Assembly: GCA_964016885.1 (NCBI GenBank)
Contig: OZ024745.1
Span: 3,534,001 to 3,598,000, forward strand
Direction: 5' to 3'
Source of the DNA: Eledone cirrhosa
Taxonomy: Eukaryota
DNA length: 64,000 nt
Part shown: positions 1 to 14,883 of the stretch, one piece after another
Layout: every line of letters begins with the position of its first letter
Numbering within the stretch: the first letter of the stretch is position 1
The notes under the pieces: generated by a model
What the model saw: the letters and a program-made list of their open reading frames with translations, nothing else
What the model was told of the DNA's origin: nothing
Database searches by the model: none
Translations under genes and position numbers: made by a program

Positions 1-300
1 CTTTTTGGTAAATATCATCTTGGTTAAGAGAGTGGGACTGGCTTTGTGCAGTGCCTTTGCTCACCATAAAAGCTTCACCGCACAGGCATTGCTTTATATC
101 TGGAGATCTCTCTGCACTTGTCGTCACATGGTACCATGGGCCCAGCACTATGTGTCAATAATTGTCACAAGTGTAGTGTTTGTACCAGAGTTTTCAAGTC
201 GCTGGCTGGACTAAAAAGTCACACTCGTTCAGCGCATCGGTAGGGGTTCTCCTACATGGATATAAACTAGTGGCCATACTCGAAAACGAGTTGGCAGCCA

Positions 301-303
<3 letters not shown>
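1..303 (+). mobile_element. Non-autonomous RTE-derived element ('element X'), 3' half, cut by window edge
   Basis: Near-identical to 15189-15491. Encodes [23 protein letters not shown] (C2H2 finger, 172-243), then a CTCGAAAACGAG hairpin and GCAGCCACCAT running into (TA)n. Confidence 0.8.
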
Positions 304-1582
<1,279 letters not shown>

Positions 1583-4500
1583 AAATTACTTTAAATATAT
1601 ATATCATGCTACCTCGAAAGTCAAAAATCCCGCTCATACACCCTCCACCCACCATCTTCACGAGGGGTTGCGGTCAGCCACTCTCTCTCTCTCTCTCTCT
1701 CCCTTCCCCTCTCTCTCTCTCTCTCTTAGCTACACACACACATATATAAGATAAATTCCCGTTCATGTTTATTCACTTTCGCCAAACAATTGCTGCTTCA
1801 ACTACCCCTACTACGGTGTAACCATGTAATCGTAACGTTCACGTTTTTCCTATCTACTCCACACACCACAATTTCGTACATAGACCAAACATCCAATCTC
1901 GCAAAATCCGAAATCTGTATTTTTTGTTATTTATTAAGGTTTAAATACGGTGTTTATGTCGTATTGAACAGAACAAATCTTGCAGTTTTGCTTTTTGTTA
2001 ATCGCTTGTTAAACATTCATAACCTTCCAGCTAGCTACCCCACACCCCTCCCACCCGCCCCCACACACCACCATTCTTAATACGTGGACCAATCATAAGC
2101 CAGAGACCCCCCCCCCCCACACGCATCACCATTATTATTATTATAAGCCAGAGACCCCCCCCCCCCACGCATCACCATTATTATTATTACGCGGACCAAT
2201 CATAAGCCAGAGGCCTATACTATCGCTTGCACGGTTGCCTTCGATATATGATGGATGGATGGATGGATGGACGGACTGCGGAATCCTGGAGAGTGGAAGG
2301 GAGAGAAAAATCTGGACGCTCAGAGCGAAAATGCCAAAGTTAAAGTCAAATTCACCTCGTGGACGAGAATGCGAGCACTCCTCTTTGTTTCGCCCGCGGA
2401 TGGCTAACATAACCCCATCTCCCCCCGCCCCCCACCACCCCCACCCTCCAAACGCAATCCAAAACTTCAGAGTTGGTACCATAAATGTAGGCACCCTAAA
2501 GGGTCGCGCTAACGAGGTTGTAGAAATGCTTGAACGTAAGGAGGTCGATGTTTGTTGTATTCAAGAGACCAGGTGGAGGGGTGGGTCTGCTAGATTCATT
2601 GAGGGTAAAAAACGATGTTATAAGCTTTTCTGGGTGGGAAACGACGATGGGCTGGGTGGAGTAGGAATCATGGTAGCAGAAAAGTGGGCAGATAAGATAA
2701 TAGACGTAAATAGAGTGAACGACAGAATAATTAAAATACGACTTGTCCTCAATAGAACTACGGTGACAGTAATATCTGCGTACGCACCCCAATCCGGACT
2801 GCCCGGCACTATAAAAGACAGATTCTATGAGACACTGATGCTCACTACCTCCCAAATATCTGACAGTGACTATATAATTATTGCAGGCGACCTAAATGGT
2901 CACGTTGGACAACATTGTGACGGCTACGACGAAATCCATGGAGGCCATGGGTTTGGTACTAGAAATGAGGAAGGCTCCAGAATCCTGGAATTCTGTGATG
3001 CAAATAACCTAACTATCTGTAACACTAACTTCAAAAAACGTGACAATCACCTGATCACCTATAGATCCGGGGAACACACAAGCCAGGTAGATTATATCCT
3101 TACCAGAAGACGTGACAGAGTGTCTGTTGTAAACACTAAATCCCTCCCCCATGAAGAATGCACCTCCCAACATAGACTGATAATTAACGACCTCATAGTC
3201 AGGACAAGACGTACTCAACAGCAGAAGAGGACTATCCTCAGGAGAAAAATATGGAAGCTAAAGGACCCCACAGCCAAAAATAAATTTCAAAACATATTAC
3301 TTGATGCTTTCGACAGTAAGGAAGAACATTTAGAGTCGGACAATATAGAGGGACAGTGGGAATTTCTGAAAGCAAACCTGCTGTTGGCGACAGACGAAGT
3401 CTGTGGCTGGAGCAGGCCTGTAGGCAGGAGGAGAGTAACATAGTGGTGGAACAGTAAGGTGGAGGAGTCAATTAAGGCCAAAAAGCAGGCTTGGAAAGTA
3501 TGGCGGGATGGGGGAAGTAGAGTAGACTATCAAGTGGCCAGGAGGGAAGCTAGGAGAGAAGTGTACTTAGCAAGAAGGGAAGCTGAGGAAAGAAAGTTCA
3601 AGCATGTTCTACAACGCGATGACCAAAAACGTGAGGTGTTCAGGATTGCTAGGCAATGCGTCAAGGAAAACCGTGATATTGTCGGGGAGAAGTGTGTACT
3701 TAACGATGATGGCATACTTGCCATCACCGACACTGATAAGAAGGTAGCTTGGAAGTGTCACTATGAAAGGCTACTAAATGAGGAGAATAAATGGGAGAAA
3801 GACAGTCTCCCCCATATCGACCCAATAGAGGGACCAGCAGTGTTAGTCGAGGGGAGTATAATAAGTAAGGCAATCAAGGATATGAAGACAGGTAAGGCGG
3901 CTGGGCCTTCGGAAATAGTTGCTGAGATGCTGAAGGCATCTGGCACGGTGGGGCACACTATGGTCACTCGCATAGTTAACCATGTCGTACAGAATGGGGT
4001 TGTTCCGAAGGACTGGCATAGCAGCATCATCGTTAACTGTTATAAGGGTAAAGGAGACGCCCTAGATAGGAGTAACTATAGAGGCATTAAATTAATCGAC
4101 CAGGTCATGAAGGTCACGGAAAAAGTAATAGCGCAACTAATCAGAGAGAGAATTGATCTAGATGAAATGCAGTTCGGGTTTGTGTCAGGCAAAAGTACCA
4201 CAGACGCTCTTTTCATAGTACGACAACTACAGGAGAAGTTCCTAGCTAAAGGTAAACCCCTCTATTTAGCTTTTGTCGACTTGGAGAAAGCCTTCGACAG
4301 AGTCCCCCGCTCCATTATCTGGTGGGCTCTTAGAAAACTAGGCGTTGACGAATGGCTTGTGAGGGCTATACAAGCCATGTATAAAGAAACAGTCAGCAAG
4401 GTTAGAATTAACAACGAATATAGTGAAGAGTTTAGTGTAAAAGTAGGCGTCCATCAGGGCTCTGTTCTCAGCCCCCTACTATTTATTATTGCCCTTCAGG

Positions 4501-5858
4501 CTATAACAGAGGAGTTCAAGACAGGCTGCCCATGGGAACTCCTATACGCAGACGACCTGACACTCATAGCGGAATCAATAGCCGAGCTAGGGAAGAAATT
4601 CCAAACATGGAAGCACGGCCTAGAGTCAAAAGGACTTAAAATTAACCTGGCTAAGACCAAAGTTCTAGTTTGTAGGAAAGAAAACAAGGCGGCGGTCCCT
4701 TCTGGGAAATGGTCGTGCTCGGTGTGTAGGAAAGGCGTAGGTAGAAACTCCATTTTATGTCCTAAATGCAAAGTATGGGTGCATAAAAGATGTAGTGGGA
4801 TCACAGGTAAGCTAACTAAGAACATAGATTTTACATGTGGCCGGTGTTCTGGTGCAATAAGTAGCAGCAAGTGCCCACAAAATACTAGCTCTTTCAATTG
4901 CGCAGAGGGTTCTATAGAAATAGTGGACAGCTTCCGTTACCTGGGCGATAAAATCAGCAGTGGGGGAGGGTGCTCTGAAAGTACTGTAGCTAGAGTCAGA
5001 ACTGGTTGGAAAAAGTTCAGAGAGCTTATACCACTATTAGCTGCTAAAAGGTTCTCCCTAAAAATGAAAGGCAGGTTGTACGATGCCTGCATACGAACAG
5101 CAATGTTGCATGGCAGTGAGACCTGGGCATTGTGTGCAGAGGATATACGCAGACTAGAGAGGAACGAAGCTTGCATGCTCCGCTGGATGTGTAACAGTAA
5201 TATACGTGAACGGCAAAGCATAAACGAACTAAGGAAAAAATTAGAGATAAGAGGGATCAGATGTTGTTTACTCGAGAGAAGGCTACGTTGGTATGGACAC
5301 GTGATGCGCATGAAAGTCGATAGCTGTATAACAAAGTGCAGGGCAATAAAGATAGACGGTAGCCACGGAATAGGCAGACCTAGAAAATCCTGGGACGAGC
5401 TGATAAACTCCGACCTCACACACTTACACCTCTCCAAGACAATGTCACTGGACCGAGACCTTTGGCGGTACTCAGTAACAGAGAAGACCCGCCTTGCCAG
5501 TAGGCATCTCTAACAAAATACACCCCGTCCCGCCACCACCCCCACCCCATCCACACCACCCCGTTCTATGTAAAGTTATGTTGGTGCCGCGCCATCCAGG
5601 CCGAAACAAATGAGATCGTGTAGGTGTCACGACAAAAAAACACACAGTCCACGCTGTAATGTGGCCGTGTAGGCAACACGGTAAAAACCTCCCAGACCCA
5701 CACTGTAAATGTGGTTGGTGTTAGGAAGGGCATCCAACTGTAGAAAACCTGCCAGACAGTCCTATGCGAGCAAGACAATCACTCTTGCCTCAAGTGGGAC
5801 TACCCCCGTCCAAACCCATGCAAGCGTGGAACACGGACGTTAAACGTTGATGATGATG

Positions 5859-5860
<2 letters not shown>
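1583..5860 (+). mobile_element. RTE-clade LINE, near full-length copy 1 (single-unit 3'UTR type)
   Basis: 5' region, APE-RT ORF, 3'UTR with GGAAGGGCATCC motif and (GAT)4 tail. Flanked by TA arrays. Confidence 0.93.
2331..5513 (+). pseudogene. RTE endonuclease-reverse transcriptase ORF with one nonsense codon
   Basis: APE motifs (IQETRW, SAYAPQ, GDLNGH, VDYIL, SQH) and RT motifs (FVDLEKAFD, QGSVLSP, YADD, FRYLG). TGG>TAG at 3441-3443 relative to copy 3. Confidence 0.92.
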
Positions 5861-5952
<92 letters not shown>

Positions 5953-5982
5953 GTATAAATATATATATATATAAATATATAA

Positions 5983-6014
<32 letters not shown>

Positions 6015-6105
6015 GTATAAATATATATATGTATAAATATATATATATATAAATATATATATATGTATAAATATATATATATATAAATATATATATATAT
6101 AAATA
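5861..6105. repeat. (TA)n microsatellite
   Basis: Direct reading. Confidence 0.97.
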
Positions 6106-6768
6106 TAGGAACAGTTTAGGTATGATACATTTTATTACTAATTATATCTAAATGTTTCTTCTCTCTTCATAATGTATTTTTAACTCTGATACTGGTTCAG
6201 TCTGGTTCAAACTGAATTGGTCTGTCCCAGTCATTCATTGAGCAACATCGGTGAAGTTGGCACCCTTAACTCACAGTTGGGTGCGGATGCATTCATGTAT
6301 ATATGTGTGTGTCCGCATGTATCTGTGTGTTTCTAAATATATTAATAACTCCCTCTGGTCGAGCAATCTTTGAAGTGTGGGGACAACTGGAAAGCTTCCA
6401 TTACTCATACTTCTCGCCTTCTTCACTACCTCTACTACGGCCTCGATATGAATACCCCCTCCGCCTCCGTGGTATTTTCTTTGTGGTTATAAGAGGCTTA
6501 GCTCTGTTTCTCGACCGTTATATCGCGTGACTATCTCCCCCTCCGCCTTTTGGGATTCTTTCTCACGTCGTGTAGACGCGTTCTTGAGACTAGTAAAATG
6601 AGGTATCCTCTTGATAAGTCGGCAGACCTCGCAAGGACTCTATATCTTTGATATATTGTTTTTGTTTATGCCACGAAACTACGTAGTCGAGGAATTTAGG
6701 AACAGTTTAGGTATGATACATTTTATTACTAATTATATCTAAATGTTTCTTCTCTCTTCATAATGTAT
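6106..6768 (+). mobile_element. Non-coding hammerhead-containing element with 72-bp direct terminal repeats (retrozyme-like or PLE pseudo-LTR)
   Basis: 6106-6177 equals 6697-6768 (period 591 bp). Hammerhead just upstream of the second repeat. No credible ORF. Flanked by TA arrays. Confidence 0.7.
6606..6693 (+). ncRNA. Type I hammerhead ribozyme, U3-A8 core variant
   Basis: Stem I TCCTC/GAGGA, core TTGATAA, stem II GT(C)GGCA/TGCCAC, GAAA, palindromic stem III CTACGTAG, cleavage triplet GTC. Confidence 0.75.
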
Positions 6769-6812
6769 ATATAAATATATATATATATATGTATAAATAT
6801 ATATATGTATAA

Positions 6813-6848
<36 letters not shown>

Positions 6849-7107
6849 GTATATGTATATATATATATATGTATATATATATGTATATATATGTATATAT
6901 ATATACATATATATGTATATGTATATATATGTATATATATATACATATATATGTATATGTATATATATATATGTATATATATATGTATATATATGTATAT
7001 ATATATACATATATATATACATATATGTATATATATATATGTATATATATGTATATATATATATATATATATATACATATATGTATATATATATATGTAT
7101 ATATATG

Positions 7108-7144
<37 letters not shown>

Positions 7145-7257
7145 GTATATATATGTATATATATATATATATATGTATATATATGTATATATATATATGT
7201 ATATACATATATATATACATATATGTATATACATATATATATACATATATGTATATA

Positions 7258-7304
<47 letters not shown>

Positions 7305-7314
7305 GTATATACAT

Positions 7315-7349
<35 letters not shown>

Positions 7350-7362
7350 AATATATAAATAG

Positions 7363-7402
<40 letters not shown>

Positions 7403-7448
7403 TATATAAATATATATAAATATATGTATATATATAAATATATATAAA

Positions 7449-7512
<64 letters not shown>

Positions 7513-7537
7513 TATATATATATGTATATATATATGT
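6769..7537. repeat. (TA)n/TATG microsatellite
   Basis: Direct reading. Confidence 0.97.
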
Positions 7538-7888
7538 ATCATCATCATCATCATCATTTCGTTTTTAAGTCCGCTTTTTCCCTGCTTGCAAGGGTGGGAC
7601 GGGAACTGATTCTGGCTTGATTTCTACAGCTGGATGCCCTTCCTAACACCAACCTCATTTACAGTGAGTGCTGGGTGCTTTTTTTTCCGTGGCACCTCCA
7701 CGACCACTTTGCAGTGGAATGATATGGAACCCAGTCCCTATCATCTCATTTCTACAGCTGAGTAAACTGGAGCAATGTGAAATAAAGTGTCTTGCTCAAG
7801 GAAACAACACATCACCCGGTCTGAGAATTGAACTCACAGCCTTTCGATTGCCAGGCCAATGCTCTAAACCACTAAGCCATGTGCCTCC
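7538..7888 (-). mobile_element. tRNA-derived SINE with RTE-like 3' tail
   Basis: Minus strand has A box TGGCTTAGTGG, B box GTTCAATTC, central CCTTGAGCAAGACACTT domain, and tail CACTGTAAATGAGGTTGGTGTTAGGAAGGGCATCCAGCTGTAGAAA shared with the RTE 3'UTR. Ends in (GAT)n. Confidence 0.85.
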
Positions 7889-7894
7889 ATATAT

Positions 7895-7945
<51 letters not shown>

Positions 7946-7952
7946 TGTATAA

Positions 7953-7989
<37 letters not shown>

Positions 7990-8104
7990 TGTATAAATAT
8001 ATATAAATATATATATATGTATAAATATATATAAATATATATATATGTATATAAATATATATATATATATATATAAATATATATATATGTATATATATAT
8101 ATAT

Positions 8105-10316
8105 AAGGTAGCTTGGAAGTGTCACTACGAAAGGCTTCTAAATGAGGAGAACAACTGGGAGAAAGACAGTCTCCCCCAGATCGATCCAATAGAGGGACCA
8201 GCAGTGTTAGTTGAAGGTAGTATAATAAGTAAGGCAATCAAAGATATGAAGACGGGTAAGGCGGCTGGGCCTTCGGAAATAGTTGCTGAGATGCTGAAGG
8301 CATCTGGTTCGGTGGGACACACCATGGTCACCCGGATAGTTAACCAAGTCGTACAGAATGGGGTTGTTCCGAAGGAATGGCGTAGCAGCATCATCGTTAA
8401 CTGCTATAAGGGAAAAGGAGATGCCCTAGATAGGAGTAACTATAGAGGCATTAAATTAATCGACCAGGTCATGAAGGTCACGGAAAAAGTAATAGCGCAA
8501 CTAATCAGAGAGAGAATTGATCTAGATGAAATGCAGTTCGGGTTTGTGTCAGGCAAAAGTACCACAGACGCTCTTTTCATTGTACGACAACTACAGGAGA
8601 AGTACCTAGCTAAAAGTAAACCCCTATACTTAGCTTTCGTCGACTTGGAGAAAGCCTTCGACAGAGTCCCCCGTTCCATTATCTGGTGGTCTCTTAGAAA
8701 ACTAGGTGTTGACGAATGGCTTGTGAGAGCTATACAAGCCATGTATAAAGAAACAGTCAGTAAGGTTAGAATTAACAACGAATATAGTGAAGAGTTTAGC
8801 GTAAAAGTTGGCGTCCATCAGGGCTCTGTTCTTAGCCGCCTACTATTTATTATTGCCCTTCAGGCTATAACAGAGGAGTTCAAGACCGGCTGCCCATGGG
8901 AACTCCTATACGCAGATGATCTAACGCTCATAGCTGAATCAATGACCGAACTAGAGAAGAAATTCCAAACGTGGAAGCACGGCCTAGAATCAAAAGGCCT
9001 TAAAATTAACCTGGCTAAGACTAAAGTTCTAGTTTGTAGGAAAGAAAATAAGGCGGCGGTCCCATCGGGGAAATGGCCATGCTCAGTGTGTAGGAAAGGC
9101 GTAGGTAGAAACTCCATTTTATGTCCCAAATGCAAAGTATGGGTGCATAAAAGATGTAGTGGGATCACAGGTAAGCTAACTAAGAACATAGATTTTACAT
9201 GTGGCCGGTGCTCTGGTGCAATAAGTAGCAGCAAGTGCCCACAAAATACTAGCTCCTTCAACTGCGCAGAGGGTTCTATAGAAATAGTGGACAGCTTCCG
9301 TTATCTGGGTGACAAAATCAGCAGTGGGGGAGGGTGCTCTGAAAGTACAGTAGCTAGAGTCAGAACTGGATGGAAAAAGTTCAGAGAGCTTATACCACTA
9401 TTAGCCGCTAGAGGGTTCTCCCTAAAAATGAAAGGCAGGTTATACGATGCCTGCATACGAACAGCAATGCTGCATGGCAGTGAGACCTGGGCATTGTGTG
9501 CAGAGGATATACGCAGACTAGAGAGGAACGAAGCTTGCATGCTCCGCTGGATGTGCAATAGTAATATACGTGAACGGCAAAGCATAAACGAACTAAGGAA
9601 AAAATTAGATGCGTGATGCGCATGAAAGACGACAGCTGTATAACAAAGTGCAGGGCAATAAAGATAGACGGTAGCCACGGAGTAGGCAGACCCAGAAAAA
9701 CATGGGACGAGCTGATAAATTCCGACCTCACACGCTTACACCTCTCCAAGACAATGTCACTGGACCGAGACCTTTGGCGGTACTCAGTAATAGAGAAGAC
9801 CCGCCTTACCTAAATACAAAGTAAAAACCTACTACAGTCAGTAGGCATCTCTATCAAAACACACCCCCGTCCCACCACCTGCACCCCACCCAAACCGCCC
9901 CTTTCAATGTAAAGTTATGTTGGTCCCACAACATCCAGGCCGAAACAAATGAGATCGTGTAGGTGTCACGACAAAAAACACACAGTCCACGCTGTAAATG
10001 TGGCCGTGTAGGCAACACGGTAAAAACCTCCCAGCCCCACACTGTAAATGTGGTTGGTGTTAGGAAGGGCATCCAGCTGTAGAAAACCCGCCAGACAGTC
10101 CACGCTGTAATGTGGCCGTGTAGGCAACACGGTAAAAACCTCCCAGCCCCACACTGTAAATGTGGTTGGTGTTAGGAAGGGCATCCAACTGTAGAAAACC
10201 CGCCAGACAGTCCTATGCGAGCAAGACAACCACTCTTGCCTCAAGTGGGAAAACCCCCGTCCAAACCCATGCAAGCGTGGAACACGGACGCTAAACCTGA
10301 TGATGATGATGATGAT
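8105..10316 (+). mobile_element. RTE LINE copy 2, 5'-truncated, duplicated-3'UTR type
   Basis: RT coding 8105-9813 with a frameshifting deletion at ~9609. ~113-bp tandem duplication in the 3'UTR (9982-10210). (GAT)n tail. Confidence 0.93.
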
Positions 10317-10319
10317 ATA

Positions 10320-10371
<52 letters not shown>

Positions 10372-10526
10372 TATAAATATATATATATGTATATATGGAA
10401 AGTTATATTTAAAATTGTTGGGTTACAACTAGTAAATATTTATAACTGATATAAAAGCACTCGACAAATATTTGGAGTATATTTACAATATTAAATAAAT
10501 GGAAACTATATTTATAAAACCATATT

Positions 10527-10592
10527 TATTTCATTATATATATTTCGGGGATATCATATTAACAATATGCTATGCCTTCCTCAGACAAAATA
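10527..10592 (-). ncRNA. Type I hammerhead ribozyme (PLE)
   Basis: Minus strand: TATTTTGT-CTGAGGA-stem II (GG..CATATT/AATATG..CC)-GAAA-TATATA-TA-ATGAAATA. Stem II closing pair is imperfect. Confidence 0.6.
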
Positions 10593-12026
10593 CAATATAA
10601 ACAGTTTTATAGATAAATAGATTCGACATACCGTTATAACACCGACTTCCATTTGAAGAGGTTTAAGCTGGCAGTGAAAAAATTTTACACAGAGAGAAAG
10701 AAAGAGAGAAAAAAGAGAGAAAAAAGAAAGAAAGACAGAAAACGAAGAAAAGGAAGAAAAAGAAGAAATGCATGGAACAAAATAGAGTGATGGAAAGATA
10801 GATAAAGCGAAGAACTTCATGTAAAGAAACAGAAAGAGATATATATATATATAGAGAGAGAGGAAATAGAGATAGATACATATATATATATAGAAAATTA
10901 GGTAGTGGGAGGTCATTTTGAGTAAATGTATCAATGATACATTTATTTATTTATTTATTTATTTAGCTCAAGTATTAATGTAAGGGAGATATATAGAGAG
11001 AGAAAAAAAATATAGAGAGAGAAAAAATAGCGAGAGAAAAAAAATTTAAAAATAGCCAGATATATTCGAGGCGTAAAAACCCTATGTTTTAATGTATTAG
11101 TATTTATAAAACTTACACTATATTGTAAATATCAGTATTCCTGAATGAGACAAGTATCCATAGTGTGTGAAAATTAATTATCTTATGTTTAGTTTTTTAA
11201 AAAAATTCATATGTTTATGTGACAGCTACAAACATCCATGCGAATCCACATGATTCACTCTGCAAACTCTAAGTTCACGGAAAACATTCTCAATGTGGTA
11301 TAAAAATTTGAGCATACATATATGTGTCTTATTATTCCTGTCTTTACTCTACAAGATTATCTATCAAGCAGAAATAGAGAGCAGATTTCAATATACTAAT
11401 AAAAATATATATCAGAAACAAAACTAAAAAAATAAAAAGATAACAATAATAATAAGTAAAAATAAGTAATAATAAAATAGAAAACTAAAAAAATATTACG
11501 AAAGAATATTACATAATAAAAATATTACATATTAAAAATATTACGTATTAAAAAATATTACGTATTAAAAATTTACATATTAAAGATATTAAAAATAAAA
11601 ATAAAAAATAAAAAATATTATAAAATACATTATAAAATACTACAATAATAAAAAATAAAAATAAAAATAAACCACAAAGATCAACCCTTCAAAGTTAATT
11701 GACAATATATTGCCAAGTTCATTACAAGACAAAGCCAAAAATTATCTATCAAATCACATCTAGCAAAGATCATTTCAAAAAGTTTATGACGTCCTTTGGT
11801 CTACATATGTTCTTATATTTAATATAGAAGTTTATCTAGTGTAAGGTTTATTCAAAATATTTGGAGCATCAGCTTTTAGGGTAGCTTAATTTTTCATGAG
11901 GAATGTTTAAATAAAAATAAAATAAAAATAAACAATAAAAAAAGAATAAAAAGAAGGAATCAAAAATTTAGGAATCAAAAATTTATCGGCTAGTTTCCCA
12001 TATAAATATAAATCAAACTAAATATA

Positions 12027-13745
12027 CTACATTTTAAATTTAAATTTATATTTAAACGTTGAGTTTAATCTATGTTTGCAACAACTGAATAAATTTGTCC
12101 GTAGGTTAAGGGAATTTTTAGATTTTAGTATAAAGAATATCTCCTCTGCGCAGAGGTCACATGTCTCAGAGGATGAATTAAAAGGAATCCCTCTTGAGAC
12201 TATATTCCAAGCCGTCGAATATCTAACGTTATCTAGCTTAAGTTGCCAGAGTACGCCTGATAGTGCCGTTGAAGATTTTTTACTTGGATCTGTGAAAGAA
12301 TTCTTGTGGTTATTATAGCGAAGTTTAAATTCCGTCGATGTGGAACCGACGTAGTTAAAAGAATTAGAGTCAGTATTAACATTACAATTGTATACTATAT
12401 TTTTAACTAAGCAGTTGTTATTTAACGGACATTTAGATCTATCTCTACAGTTACATTTGTTAACTTGTATATTATTTATGCTATTATCACTAGGTTTTAA
12501 GTTCCTATTATTTATTCTATTAATATTTTGTGCTAAATTTTTGGTGGATGAGTAGGTTAATTTAATTGTATGCCTATTGAAAATTGAGTGATACCTATGT
12601 GTTCTAGGGAAGCGATTATCAAGAGCTTTGAAAAATAATTTAGCGATGTGGGTTTTAATGTTTAGTGAGAAAGGGGGGGCAAACCAAATTATGTTCCTAG
12701 TTCTATTTCTTTTTTGGCCTTTGGAATTATTGTAATGCTTTCTATTATAGTTGTTAATGTTGTTGCCGTAATTAAAAAAGTTGTTACTTTGTTTAGTTTG
12801 TCTATCATTATCTATGTACACAATCTTATCAGCATATCCTGCCCTAGCTAATGCTTCATTATAGTATTGGGCCTTTTCGTCGAAAATTTTTCTATTCGAC
12901 GAGATCCTAGAGATACGTTTTTGAACTGAGTTTACTATAGTGTTTTTGACAGATCTGGGGTGGTTAGAGTTAAAGTTGACATAGTTTAAGTTTTCATTCA
13001 ACTTGTGAAAAGGATAGTGGAGACATGTGTTGAGATTTAATGTTATATCTAGGAAGTTGACTATTCTATGGTTGTTCTCAATTTCTATTTTAAGGTTAAA
13101 GTAATTAAAAAATTTTGTAATTTGTTTACATTTTCTATTTAGTTCAGGGTTATTATTATTAATAAGTAAAAGCATGTCATCCCTATATAAACCTCCGGTA
13201 GTACCAGGTATTTTCCTATGTAGCGAATTGATTAAAAATAAGCCCACAAGGTCAGTTACCTGAGCTGAGTCGGAAGATCCCATAGTTATGTCAAAATTGC
13301 TATCTCTATCTGCTCTGGTCCATAATTTGTCATTAAATTCTATCAAAGTTTTCCTAGCCGATAATATAATATGCATTTCTTTGCTAGTTCGAATGCGTAA
13401 TTTAGTGCCTTATTTAGTAGACTAGGGGTAATAGAAGAATAATAGTTAGCTATATCAAGTTGAATAAACCTATTATTATTGTTATATTTAATTTGCCTAA
13501 ACCACTCAACAACCTCTCCAGTTCCCTTCCACAAGCTCAGGTTAGATACACAATCCAAGTTCTTAATTTGCTGTATCACCCTGTCAAGAATGTTTTTGCT
13601 TAATTTGCCCAAGTCCGATTTTGAAGGTGCGATCAATCTAACTGGCAGGTCATTTTCAAAATTCCTCTTGTGGTCCTTCATATTGATCTTCGGTTTCCTG
13701 GGCACGAAAGGTTGTGTTCTGTTCTCAATTTCCAACTCGTGCATA
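12027..13745 (-). pseudogene. PLE reverse transcriptase + GIY-YIG endonuclease (frameshifted, N-truncated)
   Basis: VRLIAP, LDIANYYSSI, ITMGS, LYRDD, NFLDI, SNHP, CNCRDRSKCPL, IVY...YVGST, CDLC, CKH. Frameshift at ~13360. Confidence 0.9.
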
Positions 13746-14518
13746 GATAATCTTGTAGAGTAAAGACAGGAATAATAATACACATATATGTATGCTCAAA
13801 TTTTTATACCACATTGAGAATGTTTTCCGTGAACTTAGAGTTTGCAGAGTGAATCATGTGGATTCGCATGGATGTTTGTAGCTGTCACATAAACATATGA
13901 ATTTTTTTAAAAAACTAAACATAAGATAATTAATTTTCACACACTATGGATACTTGTCTCATTCAGGAATACTGATATTTACAATATAGTGTAAGTTTTA
14001 TAAATACTAATACATTAAAACATAGGGTTTTTACGCCTCGAATATATCTGGCTATTTTTTAATTTTTTTTCTCTCGCTATTTTTTCTCTCTCTATATTTT
14101 TTTTTTCTCTCTCTATATATCTCCCTTACATTAATACTTGAGCTAAATAAATAAATAAATAAATAAATAAATGTATCATTAATACATTTACTCAAAATGA
14201 CCTCCCACTACCTAATTTTCTATATATATATATGTATCTATCTCTATTTCCTCTCTCTCTATATATATATATCTCTTTCTGTTTCTTTACATGAAGTTCT
14301 TCGCTTTATCTATCTTTCCATCTCTCTATTTTGTTCCATGCATTTCTTCTTTTTCTTCCTTTTCTTCGTTTTCTGTCTTTCTTTCTTTTTTCTCTCTTTT
14401 TTCTCTCTTTCTTTCTCTCTGTGTAAAATTTTTTCACTGCCAGCTTAAACCTCTTCAAATGGAAGTCGGTGTTATAACGGTATGTCGAATCTATTTATCT
14501 ATAAAACTGTTTATATTG

Positions 14519-14584
14519 TATTTTGTCTGAGGAAGGCATAGCATATTGTTAATATGATATCCCCAAAATATATATAATGAAATA
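14519..14584 (+). ncRNA. Hammerhead copy with GAAA>AAAA mutation (likely inactive)
   Basis: Inverted copy of 10527-10592, but reads CCCCAAAA instead of CCCCGAAA. Confidence 0.55.
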
Positions 14585-14757
14585 AATATGGTTTTATAAA
14601 TATAGTTTCCATTTATTTAATATTGTATATATGTATATATATATATATATATATATAAATATATATATAAATATGTATGTATATATATATAAATATATAT
14701 ATAAATATGTATGTATATATATATATATGTATATATATATGTATGTATATATATATG

Positions 14758-14817
<60 letters not shown>

Positions 14818-14883
14818 AATATATATATAAATATGTATGTATATATATATATATGTATATATATATATGTATGTATATATATA

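Larger units (their letters stand above)
10396..14626 (-). mobile_element. Penelope-like element (Naiad-type), 5'-truncated with inverted pseudo-LTR
   Basis: RT plus GIY-YIG on the minus strand. ~880-bp inverted repeats 10483-11364 and 13744-14626, each with a hammerhead motif. Confidence 0.9.

Noticed and set aside
7800-7888. tRNA gene
   Set aside because: A and B boxes are present but there is no full cloverleaf. It is fused to a SINE body and RTE tail.
8040-10396. Long TSDs around RTE copy 2 and around element X at 14884
   Set aside because: Flank matches lie wholly in low-complexity TA sequence, so they cannot be distinguished from chance by eye.
10483-14626. DNA transposon with long TIRs
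   Set aside because: The interior encodes RT plus GIY-YIG, and one arm extends beyond the repeat, as expected for PLE inverted pseudo-LTRs.
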